Source of the DNA: a virus
Lineage: Duplodnaviria > Caudoviricetes
Strand: one strand, 5' to 3'
IMG/VR virus record: IMGVR_UViG_2675903038_000001
Coordinates: 23,510 to 87,509 of that record
Length of the DNA: 64,000 nucleotides
In this document: piece by piece, positions 36,821 through 46,331 of the stretch
Position numbering within the stretch: the first letter of the stretch is position 1
Layout of the letters: each line of letters starts with the position of its first letter
Notes under the pieces: model-generated
The model's database searches: none
Told to the model about the DNA's origin: nothing
Seen by the model: only the letters and a program-made list of their open reading frames with translations
Translations under genes and position numbers: made by a program

Positions 36821-38533
36821 ATGACTGTATTTTTTAATGGCAGATTGTGGGTGTCGCCTGCCACGATGTCGGTGGTCGATGATACCGCAATGGCTAACAA
36901 GAACCTAAGCGTCGGCAATGTGGTAGCGCTCATTGGTCGCGCTGGCGGCGGCGAACCAAACAAGGCGCTGCGCTTCGGCAGTCCATCGCGGGCTATTGAG
37001 ACACTGCGCAATGGCGAATTGCTGACTGCGGTATTGAAGGCGTTTGATCCGTCATCACAAACCGGCGGTCCTGCTGAAGTGGTGGTGGTGCGCGTCAATC
37101 CTGCGCTGCAATCATCGCTCGTGCTAAAGGACGGTTCTGCCAATAATGTAATCACGCTGAAGTCAACCGACTATGGCATCCACACGAATCAAATCAAGGT
37201 CAAGGTTGAAGCAGGTTCCGTGTCAGGCAAAAAGATTACAACGGTTTACGGTCTTGCGTTCTACACAGAAGATAACGTGGCTCGTAATGCATTCAGTCTT
37301 GCATACGGAAGTGCAGGAGCGGCTACCATCAGCGTTACCAATTCAACCGTTACCCTGAAAGTGGACGCGGCTGCTGTCGCTACTATCGCTCTTGCAGATT
37401 ATCCGACCGTGCAACAACTGGTTGACCGCATTAATGTCGTTTCAGGATTCACGGCTGATGTGCTTGATGGTAATGGCAATCAGGAGGCATTAAACGGACT
37501 GGATAGTCTGACCGATCAAGCGATTAGTTCCACACCTTACACGGTGACAGCCAATCTGCAGGCAGTAGTTGACTGGATCAATTCTACTTCTGAGGGATTC
37601 GTCACGGCTACACGTGAGGCTAATGCAGGGGCGGTACCAGCCAACATCGGCTATACCTATCTGACAGGTGGTTCCGATGGCGTAGTCACCAATACTGAAT
37701 GGCAGAACGCGTTCACAACACTGCAAACGGTCGATGTGCAATGGGTGGTGCCGATATCCGGCGATTCCAGCATTCATGCCATGGCCGACACGCACGTAGC
37801 TTTCATGAGCAATGTCGGCAGGATGGAGCGGCGGACGATTGTTGGCACGGTATCGGGCACTGCGGATGAGGTGGCCATCGATGCGGCAAAAGCGATCAAT
37901 TCAGACCGCGCATCGTTAGTGCATCTCGGTTTCTACGATTATGACGCCAACGGTAAGCTGGTGCTGATGGAGCCGTACATTATGGCAGCATTGCTAGCGG
38001 GTGCATTTTCTGGCGTTAATCCCGGAACGGCGTTGACCAACAAGACCATCAAGGTGCGTGGCTTGGAACGCGATCTTCGCAATCCGACCGATACCGATCA
38101 GCTCATCAACGGCGGGGTGTTGTGCGTGGAAAATACCAACAGCGGATTCAAGGTGGTCAAGTCGATATCTACCTGGTTGGTGAATGACAATTACAACCGC
38201 GTCGAAGTCTCGACCGGCGTGGCGACCGATTTTGTGGCGCGTAACGTGCGCCAATCTTTGGATATTCTTAGGGGAGAGCGGGGTAATCCAATCACGTTGT
38301 CCCGCGCAGTATCCATTGTTGAATCGACCTTGCGTGAATTGTCCAGACCGGAGCCGCAGGGCGTTGGCGTGATCGTGGGAGACGCGGCCAATCCAGCTTA
38401 TAAAAACATTACGGCTTCGCTGGAAGGGGATGTGCTAAGGGTTGAGTTTCAATGCAGCCCGGTGATTCCAGTGAACTACATTCCGGTGACAATCTTTGCT
38501 GTGCCGTATTCCGGTACGGCGACTGCAGCCTAA
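36821..38533 (+). CDS. Contractile tail sheath protein
   Basis: ALIGRAGGGEPN, LTGGSDG, ALTNKTI, VEFQCSPVIPVNYI. Confidence 0.92.
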   Translation: MTVFFNGRLWVSPATMSVVDDTAMANKNLSVGNVVALIGRAGGGEPNKALRFGSPSRAIETLRNGELLTAVLKAFDPSSQTGGPAEVVVVRVNPALQSSLVLKDGSANNVITLKSTDYGIHTNQIKVKVEAGSVSGKKITTVYGLAFYTEDNVARNAFSLAYGSAGAATISVTNSTVTLKVDAAAVATIALADYPTVQQLVDRINVVSGFTADVLDGNGNQEALNGLDSLTDQAISSTPYTVTANLQAVVDWINSTSEGFVTATREANAGAVPANIGYTYLTGGSDGVVTNTEWQNAFTTLQTVDVQWVVPISGDSSIHAMADTHVAFMSNVGRMERRTIVGTVSGTADEVAIDAAKAINSDRASLVHLGFYDYDANGKLVLMEPYIMAALLAGAFSGVNPGTALTNKTIKVRGLERDLRNPTDTDQLINGGVLCVENTNSGFKVVKSISTWLVNDNYNRVEVSTGVATDFVARNVRQSLDILRGERGNPITLSRAVSIVESTLRELSRPEPQGVGVIVGDAANPAYKNITASLEGDVLRVEFQCSPVIPVNYIPVTIFAVPYSGTATAA

Positions 38534-38549
38534 CGGGAGCTATTGAAAC

Positions 38550-38972
38550 ATGAGAACAAATCTTAAAACACGTTCAGGCAACCGGATCGTGGCGATGTTT
38601 GACGGAAAACAGATTGGCGCGGTGCAGTCCGTGCGCATGAATGACGATTATTCGCCTGAGCCAATGAGCGGTATTGGCGATATTCACGTCCACGAGTACG
38701 TGCCAACAATGGCGCGTCATAACCTGCAAGTACAAACCATGGTGCTCAACAAAGGATCGATGCGGGAAGCAGGTATCACCATGGAAAACGGTGACGGCGT
38801 GCTGCAAGGTCTTGTGTTCGATATCGAGGTTTACAGCAAGGATGATGGCACTCTACTTAGGAAATACATCGGCTGCTCGTATGCGAGCGGCGATCTGGAA
38901 ATATCTAAGCACGCTATCGTCATGGCTTCCGGACAGTTCATGGCGCTTGATGTAGTCGGCACGATAGTTTGA
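38550..38972 (+). CDS. Tail tube protein
   Basis: 140 aa after sheath; SGNRIV...IGAVQS...GIGD...EYVP. Confidence 0.85.
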   Translation: MRTNLKTRSGNRIVAMFDGKQIGAVQSVRMNDDYSPEPMSGIGDIHVHEYVPTMARHNLQVQTMVLNKGSMREAGITMENGDGVLQGLVFDIEVYSKDDGTLLRKYIGCSYASGDLEISKHAIVMASGQFMALDVVGTIV

Positions 38973-38982
38973 TTTTGAATTC

Positions 38983-39038
38983 TCACTTGGGAAATTCCAG
39001 GTGGAAAACGAATCTTCACTGGCGATTTCGCCAGTGAG
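38983..39038. repeat. Double-palindrome element, copy 2
   Basis: TCACTTGGGAAATTCCAGGTGG, spacer, TCACTGGCGA-TT-TCGCCAGTGAG. Confidence 0.78.
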
Positions 39039-39066
39039 AAATTGCTTTGCTAATAAAGGACATGAA

Positions 39067-39495
39067 ATGCAATCAGCAACAGAGCAAAATACCGGCAGAA
39101 AATTGCTTGCAACCGATTTTTATGTGGATGTGAAAGACATTGGGCGATTCCGTCTTGCGAAACGCACCATGCGCGATGAATTCCAGATTGGCGCGGAGTA
39201 TTCGAGGTTGACGGAAGGGGTGGATACGCCTACGCCATGGCTCGCGCAAATGGCGACTATGGTAGCGAATCTGAAAGTGCTCGCAGTAACCGTGCCGGAA
39301 GATTGGAACATCGATGAGATGGACCCGCTGGACGACGAATCGTACAGTCGTATTTTTCGCGTTTATGAAGCGCTGCGCGCTAGGGAGGATTCCTTTCGCG
39401 CGGGAATCGGCAAATCAAGCAAAAAAACGGGGCAAGGAGCTGGCGAAGACCTTGCAGTTCTGGTTCAGGAGGAAATACCAACTTACACCGAATGA
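39067..39495 (+). CDS. Tail assembly chaperone (G-like)
   Basis: Between tube and tape measure; AAGGA RBS supports ATG 39067 rather than 39001. Confidence 0.75.
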   Translation: MQSATEQNTGRKLLATDFYVDVKDIGRFRLAKRTMRDEFQIGAEYSRLTEGVDTPTPWLAQMATMVANLKVLAVTVPEDWNIDEMDPLDDESYSRIFRVYEALRAREDSFRAGIGKSSKKTGQGAGEDLAVLVQEEIPTYTE

Positions 39496-39652
39496 TCCGA
39501 AATTCCTTGATCTAACGATTGAGGATATCGAGACGGATTATTGGGCGCATTACTACTACGAAAATTCCACGGCGGATGAAGTCGAGGATGAAGATTTCGA
39601 CCTGGATGACATTCTTCAGAAAATGGAAAACGACGATTGGGAAGAGTTGTAG
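39395..39652 (+). CDS. Tail assembly chaperone frameshift extension (T-like), +1 frame
   Basis: Overlapping ORF FWFRRKYQLTPNDPKFLDLT...; candidate shift site TCC TTT CGC at 39391-39399. Confidence 0.7.
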   Translation, partial: FARESANQAKKRGKELAKTLQFWFRRKYQLTPNDPKFLDLTIEDIETDYWAHYYYENSTADEVEDEDFDLDDILQKMENDDWEEL

Positions 39653-42313
39653 ATGGCTGATGTAAGAATACCAATTAGCGCTGATTTCAATAGCGGTGAT
39701 CTGGATAAGGTGGTTCAGCAGTTCTCTAGCCAGATGAACCGGTTGGCCAAGTCAATTGCTGAAGCCAATAATACTAAATTCAATCCTATTGACGATGCGA
39801 CAGCCGATGATATCAAGAAAGTCATTCATCAGTTTGATGCTCTAAAACGGCTATCTGAAAGCTTCAATAAGCGTCTAAAAGATACCGGACAATCCAATGC
39901 CGGTCTGTTCGATATCGATTTTCATAGGCTGTATGAGAACCAGCGTGCGGGTGCCAGGAAGGCGCTTGACGTTCTTCAGTATGTTACGGCTGGTACGACG
40001 TTCGCGTCACGCATGCCGGGGACCACTACCGGCAATCAAGGCGGCTCGCAATTGCCTGTGCCAACAAATGGAACTCCCGCGACAGCAGGCTGGAAGCACT
40101 GGGGAGGTAACGTATTCAATTCCGCTATGGGCGCTGCCGGGCCTGGCGGGCAAGTGATCAGCAATGCTGTCAGCGCTGGCATGTCCGGCGGTTTAAAAGC
40201 TGGATTGTTCGGTTTGGCGGGCGGATTTGCTGCGCTGGGTGTCGGCAAGCTGATCTCGTCGGCAAGAGAGAAAATAGGTGACGCGCAACAAGAAGCCATT
40301 GGTTATGATCGCCTGAAACGCTCTCTGGGTGATATCAATGTCGGATTCGATGAGCTCAAAAGCTCGTTAAGATTCTCTGCTGGTGAAATTTGGGAAACAT
40401 TCGGCAAAACTCAGGAGCTGGCCGTAGAGTTTGCGAAGATTTCAGGATTGAGCCGCGATCAGTCCAAGAATCTGGCGAAAGAAGTGGCCTTCGGCGGCGG
40501 CTTCTCATGGTCGCTCGGCCTGGATACCAAGCAGGGAAATCAGTTCTTCGCGCAGATGCGCCAATTCAAGGTCACCAACAACGAATCGGACACCAGGCGG
40601 CTTGGGCTCATGATCGGGGAGGGGATCGCCAGAAGTGGCGCGTTCTCGAAAGCCGATGAGTTGATGCAGGCAATAGCCGGTTATACCGCGAACCAGGCGC
40701 GCATGAGTTTGACCGTGCCTAATGTGGCAGGTTATGCGGGAATGTTGTCCAGCATGGTGGGTTCCGGCATACCGGGTCTTGATCCACAGGGAGCGGCAGC
40801 GATACTTGGCCGCGCCAATTCGGCCATCATGCAGGGGGGTGGAGCGGGGGAGGCCGGGCAGAATTTCTTGCACTCAATTCTGGGGCGCCTCGGGCTCAAT
40901 CCAGTTGAGTCAACTTTATTCCAAGAGGGAGGGTTGCTTTCCACGGGGGCGAGCACGTTCGGCGGGAAGCTTTTCACAGACTGGGCGAAGATGCGAGGTG
41001 TGGCTGCTCCTGGAATAGCGGGGAATTCCAGCGATACCCTGTTCTCCCATGTAATGGGTGGGCTTGGCGACAATTATAGCAATCCATGGCTGCGGCTGAA
41101 CGCTATGTCGCGTATGTTTGGCGTGAATCATTCCCAGGCCATGGCACTGGATGTGCTGCACAAGCAAAACCCAAAAATGCTGGGAGGAATGGAAACACAT
41201 CTGTCCGGTTTGGGTGTAGACATATCTAAGCTTTCCAGCACCGGAATCATGTCTACGGCGAGCATATTCACCGGCGACAGAAAAACACTGGATGGCGCGG
41301 CAAGAGACCTTCTAAACCGAACGGACAAAGGCAAGCTCAATGATCAGGAAAGGGAAGACCTGATTAAAGCGCAAATGGGAGATGATGAGGGAGCTTTTAG
41401 AGACGTATTAATGAAGCTCACTTCCACGCGCGAAATGCAACAGACGGAAGGTAGTAAGACGCAAGAGCTGCTGTCCGAAACAAATCGCGTACTGCAAGAT
41501 ATGGCGTCGAGGCTTGTTCCCGCAATCGACACAATGAAAGATGGCATTCTCCATCTGGCAAGATTGGCAGGATTTAAACCTATTCAAAGTTTTGACGGAG
41601 AAATTTATAAAGAGCTGAATGCCGCAGGAAACAAGCTGGATAAGATTAACGGCATATCCACGGCTGCTACAGCCGGTCAGCTGCCTGATGCAATTCCAGC
41701 TCCAAGTCCGGCAACGAGTAGCGAAGTCAATATGAGTCATGATGCAAAGCAAAGGATGGAGTCGGTGCTTGCTTCTTTGCCACCGGGTCTTGCGCAAAGA
41801 ATTCGTGATAAGCCGACTTTTCAAAAGCAGGTGGCCGTGGAATCTGGATGGCGGCATTTAGGTAAAGACGGAAAGTTGCTTAGGTCAAAAGCAGGAGCTC
41901 TTGGAATAACGCAGGTCATGCCGGAAACAGGAAAAAACCCAGGTGGCAATGTTATTCCTTTACGAGATGATTCTATGGAAGAATATCTAAGGTTCGGCCT
42001 TGACTATGATGATTGGCTGCACAAGGAGTTTGGCGGAGATACTGAAAAAGCGCTTGCGGCGTATAACTGGGGTGTTGGGAATGTAAAGAAATTTGGAGAT
42101 AGGTATAAAAATATTCCAGAAACGAATAACTATGTCAATTCTATTATGAAGGGATTACCGGAAGGGCATGACAAAAGATTTGCTGATCAATCTCAAGAAA
42201 CGAAGCTGTCCCTGCACGTAACCGGCACGATGAATGATCACAGCGGGAGACCGTTAGGCCCGATTGAGGCACCTGTTACCCGTATCAAATTGCCTTCGGC
42301 TAATGGAATGTAA
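39653..42313 (+). CDS. Tape measure protein with C-terminal lytic transglycosylase
   Basis: Ala/Gly-rich helical body; VESG...AGALGITQVMPET...LAAYNWG...ETNNYV. Confidence 0.88.
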   Translation: MADVRIPISADFNSGDLDKVVQQFSSQMNRLAKSIAEANNTKFNPIDDATADDIKKVIHQFDALKRLSESFNKRLKDTGQSNAGLFDIDFHRLYENQRAGARKALDVLQYVTAGTTFASRMPGTTTGNQGGSQLPVPTNGTPATAGWKHWGGNVFNSAMGAAGPGGQVISNAVSAGMSGGLKAGLFGLAGGFAALGVGKLISSAREKIGDAQQEAIGYDRLKRSLGDINVGFDELKSSLRFSAGEIWETFGKTQELAVEFAKISGLSRDQSKNLAKEVAFGGGFSWSLGLDTKQGNQFFAQMRQFKVTNNESDTRRLGLMIGEGIARSGAFSKADELMQAIAGYTANQARMSLTVPNVAGYAGMLSSMVGSGIPGLDPQGAAAILGRANSAIMQGGGAGEAGQNFLHSILGRLGLNPVESTLFQEGGLLSTGASTFGGKLFTDWAKMRGVAAPGIAGNSSDTLFSHVMGGLGDNYSNPWLRLNAMSRMFGVNHSQAMALDVLHKQNPKMLGGMETHLSGLGVDISKLSSTGIMSTASIFTGDRKTLDGAARDLLNRTDKGKLNDQEREDLIKAQMGDDEGAFRDVLMKLTSTREMQQTEGSKTQELLSETNRVLQDMASRLVPAIDTMKDGILHLARLAGFKPIQSFDGEIYKELNAAGNKLDKINGISTAATAGQLPDAIPAPSPATSSEVNMSHDAKQRMESVLASLPPGLAQRIRDKPTFQKQVAVESGWRHLGKDGKLLRSKAGALGITQVMPETGKNPGGNVIPLRDDSMEEYLRFGLDYDDWLHKEFGGDTEKALAAYNWGVGNVKKFGDRYKNIPETNNYVNSIMKGLPEGHDKRFADQSQETKLSLHVTGTMNDHSGRPLGPIEAPVTRIKLPSANGM

Positions 42314-43774
42314 ATGAGAACGGTCGATACCTATAATCCGCAGCTAAAAGTAACGCTGCATAAAACGATTGGCAGAGAAACGGTGGAGGGTAACGATCCG
42401 GTGTCCACTCGTTATAAGAGCGCTGATTACATTATTGACCTATCGCCATATCTCGGCGATGGGGCCTCAGTGCTGACCTCCAAATCTGTCAGGGAGCCAT
42501 CAGGGGGATTTACGTTATTATTGATAGACCGTTTCCACGGCAAAAAAGATTCTTTTGAGTCTCTTTATGGATTGATCGAGCCGATGGACTTCATTGAGAT
42601 CAGGATGAAGCATGAGCACGACGACACGACCGAGATACCAATCGTCATGCGGGGGTTCATCAGCGAGATACGGCGCGCAGAATCCATGGGAGCGGACGGC
42701 CAACCGCAGCGGAGCGTTGTGCTGGTAGGGCAGGATTACGGCAAAATCTGGCAAATGCTGCAAATTCTATTTCTGCCGGGTTATGTAATCGGGCAGGATT
42801 TGATTACCAATTTCAGGCTATTCGAACGATACGGGATGGGGTTTGAAACTAATTACCCATCCCACAAATTCATTCGGGACGTATTTGAAAAAATAATCAA
42901 TCCGTATCTGAAAGGATTGATGCCTGAAGGTTCTTCAAATCCCGTGGAGTTCAAGCTTGACAGAGTTATGGATGATGGCAGCCGTACCAGCATATCGGGA
43001 ACGCAGAACCAGGAGGGAACACTTTATAATCTGATGCGCATGTATACCGATGTGGGAATCTGGAACGAGCTGTTTATTCAAGATGAGGAGGACGGCGTGC
43101 ATGTTGTATTTCGTCCGACACCCGCGTTGAAGGTGGACGGAAAAACGAAAATTCAAGAGAGGGCGCCCGATCCTGAAATTATTGATGTGCCGATTGGTCG
43201 CGTCATCAATATGACCGTCTCCCGTTCAGATGCAGATATAGCCAATTTTTATTGGGTAAGAAGTCCACGGTTTGATTTGAACAGCGATCTGTACCGGCAA
43301 TTGTTCGCCGTCCACGCATCACCCGACAAAGATACGGTATTGCTAGCCAATTATCCGAACACAAGCGAAGGGCTGTATGGTCTTCGCGCCATGTACGGAG
43401 AGACGCAAACCGGGCCAAATGACGCCTATACATCAGGTTTGAAGGAGGCAGAGGAAGATAAAAGACGCGACAAGGTAGTTGACTGGGTTAAACACAGAAG
43501 AGTTGCCATGGTTGAACAAAACAAGGATAACGTGGTGCTGGAGCGTGGCAGCCTTCGCATGTTTGGTAATGAGCGCATCCGAGCCGGAATGTATATCAAC
43601 TTGAAAAGAGGTGCGTTCAACGCGCTGTATTACGTCACGCAAGTCGATCATTCCTTTGTCCCCTACAACGGTTTCGTGTCCACACTTACGCTTGAGCGAG
43701 GTCTTGGTTTTGTCGAGCGGGTAAAAATGGAGTCGGGCAAACAATCCCCCTGGATAGCTGAGAGAACGCGATAA
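42314..43774 (+). CDS. Baseplate hub protein
   Basis: GQDYGKI, WNELFI, YYVTQVDHSF...STLTLERG. Confidence 0.75.
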   Translation: MRTVDTYNPQLKVTLHKTIGRETVEGNDPVSTRYKSADYIIDLSPYLGDGASVLTSKSVREPSGGFTLLLIDRFHGKKDSFESLYGLIEPMDFIEIRMKHEHDDTTEIPIVMRGFISEIRRAESMGADGQPQRSVVLVGQDYGKIWQMLQILFLPGYVIGQDLITNFRLFERYGMGFETNYPSHKFIRDVFEKIINPYLKGLMPEGSSNPVEFKLDRVMDDGSRTSISGTQNQEGTLYNLMRMYTDVGIWNELFIQDEEDGVHVVFRPTPALKVDGKTKIQERAPDPEIIDVPIGRVINMTVSRSDADIANFYWVRSPRFDLNSDLYRQLFAVHASPDKDTVLLANYPNTSEGLYGLRAMYGETQTGPNDAYTSGLKEAEEDKRRDKVVDWVKHRRVAMVEQNKDNVVLERGSLRMFGNERIRAGMYINLKRGAFNALYYVTQVDHSFVPYNGFVSTLTLERGLGFVERVKMESGKQSPWIAERTR

Positions 43775-44544
43775 TGTTGAGATTGGGACGTGTGGTAGCG
43801 ATTCACCCGGAAGACAATTCGGTCGATATCGTCATGACCGACGACGGTGCTCGCCTAGCTGGAGTGCAGGTGCTTGCTTCTTCCGCCAGCACGCGCAGCG
43901 GACTTGTTGACTTGCCCGTGCCTGCACAACCGGATGAGGGCGACGCAAAATGGGATATCACGAAGGTCACGGAGAGCGACGTGATTGCAGCCGTGGCCTA
44001 TTTTGATGCAATGAGAATGCCTGTGGTCGTAGGCTTTCTCTATCCACAAATCAATCAGATGCTGTTTGCGGAAGAGGGCAGAAAGTTAGATCGTCACCAT
44101 TCTGATGTGTATAGCACGATAGATAAGGATGGCAATGTTGAATGGTTCCACCCGAGCGGAACTTATGTTCGCATGGCCGTTTCACCCGAGCATGATGACC
44201 TGACCGGCAAGGACTTCGATAAAAAATGGAAGACTGATCGCAATACTGATAAGCGGGTTTCATTCAGGCTAGCGATTAAAAACAGCGGCGGCACGAAGGC
44301 AACAATCACCATTGATCCCGATGGAAATGTCTCGCTGGTACACGCTGGCAATCTCAATATTGAAACAAGTGGAAATGCTGCTCACACAGCGCAAGCCATC
44401 GTCATGAACGCGGATACGTTGATGATAAATGCAAATGTAGCGATTAACAGCGACAGCATGACTCACAATGGGGTGGATATAGGTAGATCGCACCGTCATT
44501 CTGGCGTCGATGCTGGACCAGACAATACTGGAGTGCCAGTTTAG
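43774..44544 (+). CDS. Baseplate central spike (gpV-like)
   Basis: OB-fold-like N-terminus, HPSGT, C-terminal HRHSGV metal-binding tip. Confidence 0.82.
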   Translation: MLRLGRVVAIHPEDNSVDIVMTDDGARLAGVQVLASSASTRSGLVDLPVPAQPDEGDAKWDITKVTESDVIAAVAYFDAMRMPVVVGFLYPQINQMLFAEEGRKLDRHHSDVYSTIDKDGNVEWFHPSGTYVRMAVSPEHDDLTGKDFDKKWKTDRNTDKRVSFRLAIKNSGGTKATITIDPDGNVSLVHAGNLNIETSGNAAHTAQAIVMNADTLMINANVAINSDSMTHNGVDIGRSHRHSGVDAGPDNTGVPV

Positions 44545-44560
44545 TCATCTTCACGCCATG

Positions 44561-44576
44561 AAAGTAACATTACGAC
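44561..44576 (-). promoter_or_regulatory. Late-promoter-like motif facing antisense into the spike gene
   Basis: Minus strand GTCGTAA-TGT-TACTTT. Confidence 0.45.
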
Positions 44577-44600
44577 ACACGTTATAACTGTATACACTTA

Positions 44601-45128
44601 TTACCTAAAACCGCCTTCTTGCACTCTAGGCTTCAATTTCCTCGTCTCACGCTTTTCATCAAGAAGAAATTGATTTTCTAATTTCTGGCATAAATTTTCA
44701 GCAGATTCGTGGCTGCTTTTGGCTTTTACGTCAAGAATCACGAAACTACCAATAGCTAGAAATGTTACTGGCTTGTTTATTGCCAGTTTTTCTCCAAGCG
44801 GATAACAACCACTCAATACAAATCCACTGCTTTCTCCAGCAGAAACAGAAGCATCTAGCAAAGGTGACCCTATCCCAAATAAAGAAATATGATGAATTGT
44901 GCAAACATCATGTTTTATCTTTCCGGTAGATATTTTTATATCTTCTGGTTTTATAGAGATTTTCTTTTCTGATTTATTTTGTACAACCAGCGCCGATCCT
45001 TCCTTGTTAAATTCAAACCCAATCTTTACGGAACACATCTCTTTTTCAAATATCTGACTTGCCATCGAATTCATAGATATAGAAAGAAATGCATAGAGCA
45101 TCAACATCGTAAACAACCATTTTTTCAT
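44601..45128 (-). CDS. AT-rich exported hypothetical protein (moron)
   Basis: Signal peptide MKKWLFTMLMLYAFLSISMNSMA; low GC. Confidence 0.7.
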   Translation of the reverse strand: MKKWLFTMLMLYAFLSISMNSMASQIFEKEMCSVKIGFEFNKEGSALVVQNKSEKKISIKPEDIKISTGKIKHDVCTIHHISLFGIGSPLLDASVSAGESSGFVLSGCYPLGEKLAINKPVTFLAIGSFVILDVKAKSSHESAENLCQKLENQFLLDEKRETRKLKPRVQEGGFR

Positions 45129-45158
45129 CTTATTCTTCCTTTTTATTTTGCCTGAGAA

Positions 45159-45184
45159 AGGAAAGAGCTTTGACGCTCTTTCCT
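45159..45184 (-). terminator. Hairpin downstream of the antirepressor
   Basis: AGGAAAGAGC-TTTGAC-GCTCTTTCCT. Confidence 0.55.
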
Positions 45185-45193
45185 ATGTGTTTT

Positions 45194-46054
45194 CTATTGA
45201 TTCCTTCCCGCCCAGCGTTTAAGGAATCGTACACTGAATTCCAGATGAGTCAGTGCTTCGCTGACCTCAGTCGAACCAGTTATCAGAAGTCTTTTGAGAT
45301 CATCCAGTGCTTCCCATAGCGGCATCCCTGCTTCAGCGGGAAGCTCATGACACCAGGTCTGCAATTCTGTAATGATGCTTCTCATTGTCTGGATATTACG
45401 TATTGCGTCTGCTGAGCCTGCAGGATCGGGCTTTGTCCAAACGGGTGGTTTGATCGCAGGCATAGGAGCAGGTAACGCCTTAACTTCATTCTTGCCTGGA
45501 ATGGATGGGATATACCGGCAAGCCTCCTCGTATTTTGTAAACGGCAAATTCTTGTAGCTATTGATACGAAAATGATTGTTGAATCTTCCCCACGCATAAG
45601 GGCGGTCACGCCCATCAGGGAAACGGCTGGCCATCAGGTTGAAGAGAACGCCTTGTTGATTGACAGTAATTAACTGGCAAGAATTGTTTGTGAGTTGGGT
45701 TTCTTGGTTATTCCATTTCTGCCAGCGCTCCCACAGAACATCGTCGCATTCGTTCTGGAAAGCGATGACTTTATCACGTATCTCCGGTTTGACTTTATTA
45801 GAGTGAATCGACATCAACCAGCCGGGGAGTTTACGGAGGGGAAGGCAAGATGCTCTCTGTTCGCCGCCTTTGGAAGGTATGGTGATAATCACCATACCCC
45901 ATCGATCTTTATTTGCAGAAATTTTGGTATGCTGAGATTTCCAATCCATCCCCATACCTTCTATAACAGGTTTCATGGGAACGAAAGGTTGTTGTTCGTG
46001 TTCGGTAACTAGAAGGGTATTGCCATGGAATGCAACTTCGAGTAACTGGGTCAT
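45194..46054 (-). CDS. ant: Phage antirepressor (P22 Ant N-terminal domain plus ORF6C-like domain)
   Basis: PMKPVIEGMGMDWKSQ, LPLRKLPGWL...FQNECDDVLW; FNNHFRINSYKNLP. Confidence 0.88.
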   Translation of the reverse strand: MTQLLEVAFHGNTLLVTEHEQQPFVPMKPVIEGMGMDWKSQHTKISANKDRWGMVIITIPSKGGEQRASCLPLRKLPGWLMSIHSNKVKPEIRDKVIAFQNECDDVLWERWQKWNNQETQLTNNSCQLITVNQQGVLFNLMASRFPDGRDRPYAWGRFNNHFRINSYKNLPFTKYEEACRYIPSIPGKNEVKALPAPMPAIKPPVWTKPDPAGSADAIRNIQTMRSIITELQTWCHELPAEAGMPLWEALDDLKRLLITGSTEVSEALTHLEFSVRFLKRWAGRNQ

Positions 46055-46265
46055 GATTTACGCTCCTTACTATGGAATTGACCAACAGCAACATACTGGC
46101 GGCCAGGTGCTAGTAACCTGGCGTAAGTCAGGCGGAGTGATTCCCCTTACGGGTCTTTTATTCCTCGCACACCCGGCCATAGGAAATCTATGGACGTAAA
46201 AAAACCGCATGCTGACGGGCGCGGATGTCCGCTTACGCTATTCAAATGGTGTTACTAGCACCTAA
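46055..46265 (-). ncRNA. C4-like antisense RNA / leader controlling ant
   Basis: Minus strand boxes a1 TAGTAA and b1 GCGTAA, complementary CTTACGC and TTACTAGC, second target TAGTAA-GGAGCGTAA over the ant RBS. Confidence 0.72.
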
Positions 46266-46269
46266 ACGC

Positions 46270-46299
46270 ACTATATCCCCGTAGAGCAGAGTTTGTCAA
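46270..46299 (-). promoter_or_regulatory. Sigma70 promoter for the C4-ant unit
   Basis: TTGACA-N18-TATAGT on the minus strand. Confidence 0.7.
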
Positions 46300-46331
46300 C
46301 AAATAATAACAAATATGTTATTATTTGTGTT

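Noticed and set aside
39001-39066. ORF-track start of the tail chaperone at 39001
   Set aside because: Runs through the palindromic element; RBS supports ATG 39067
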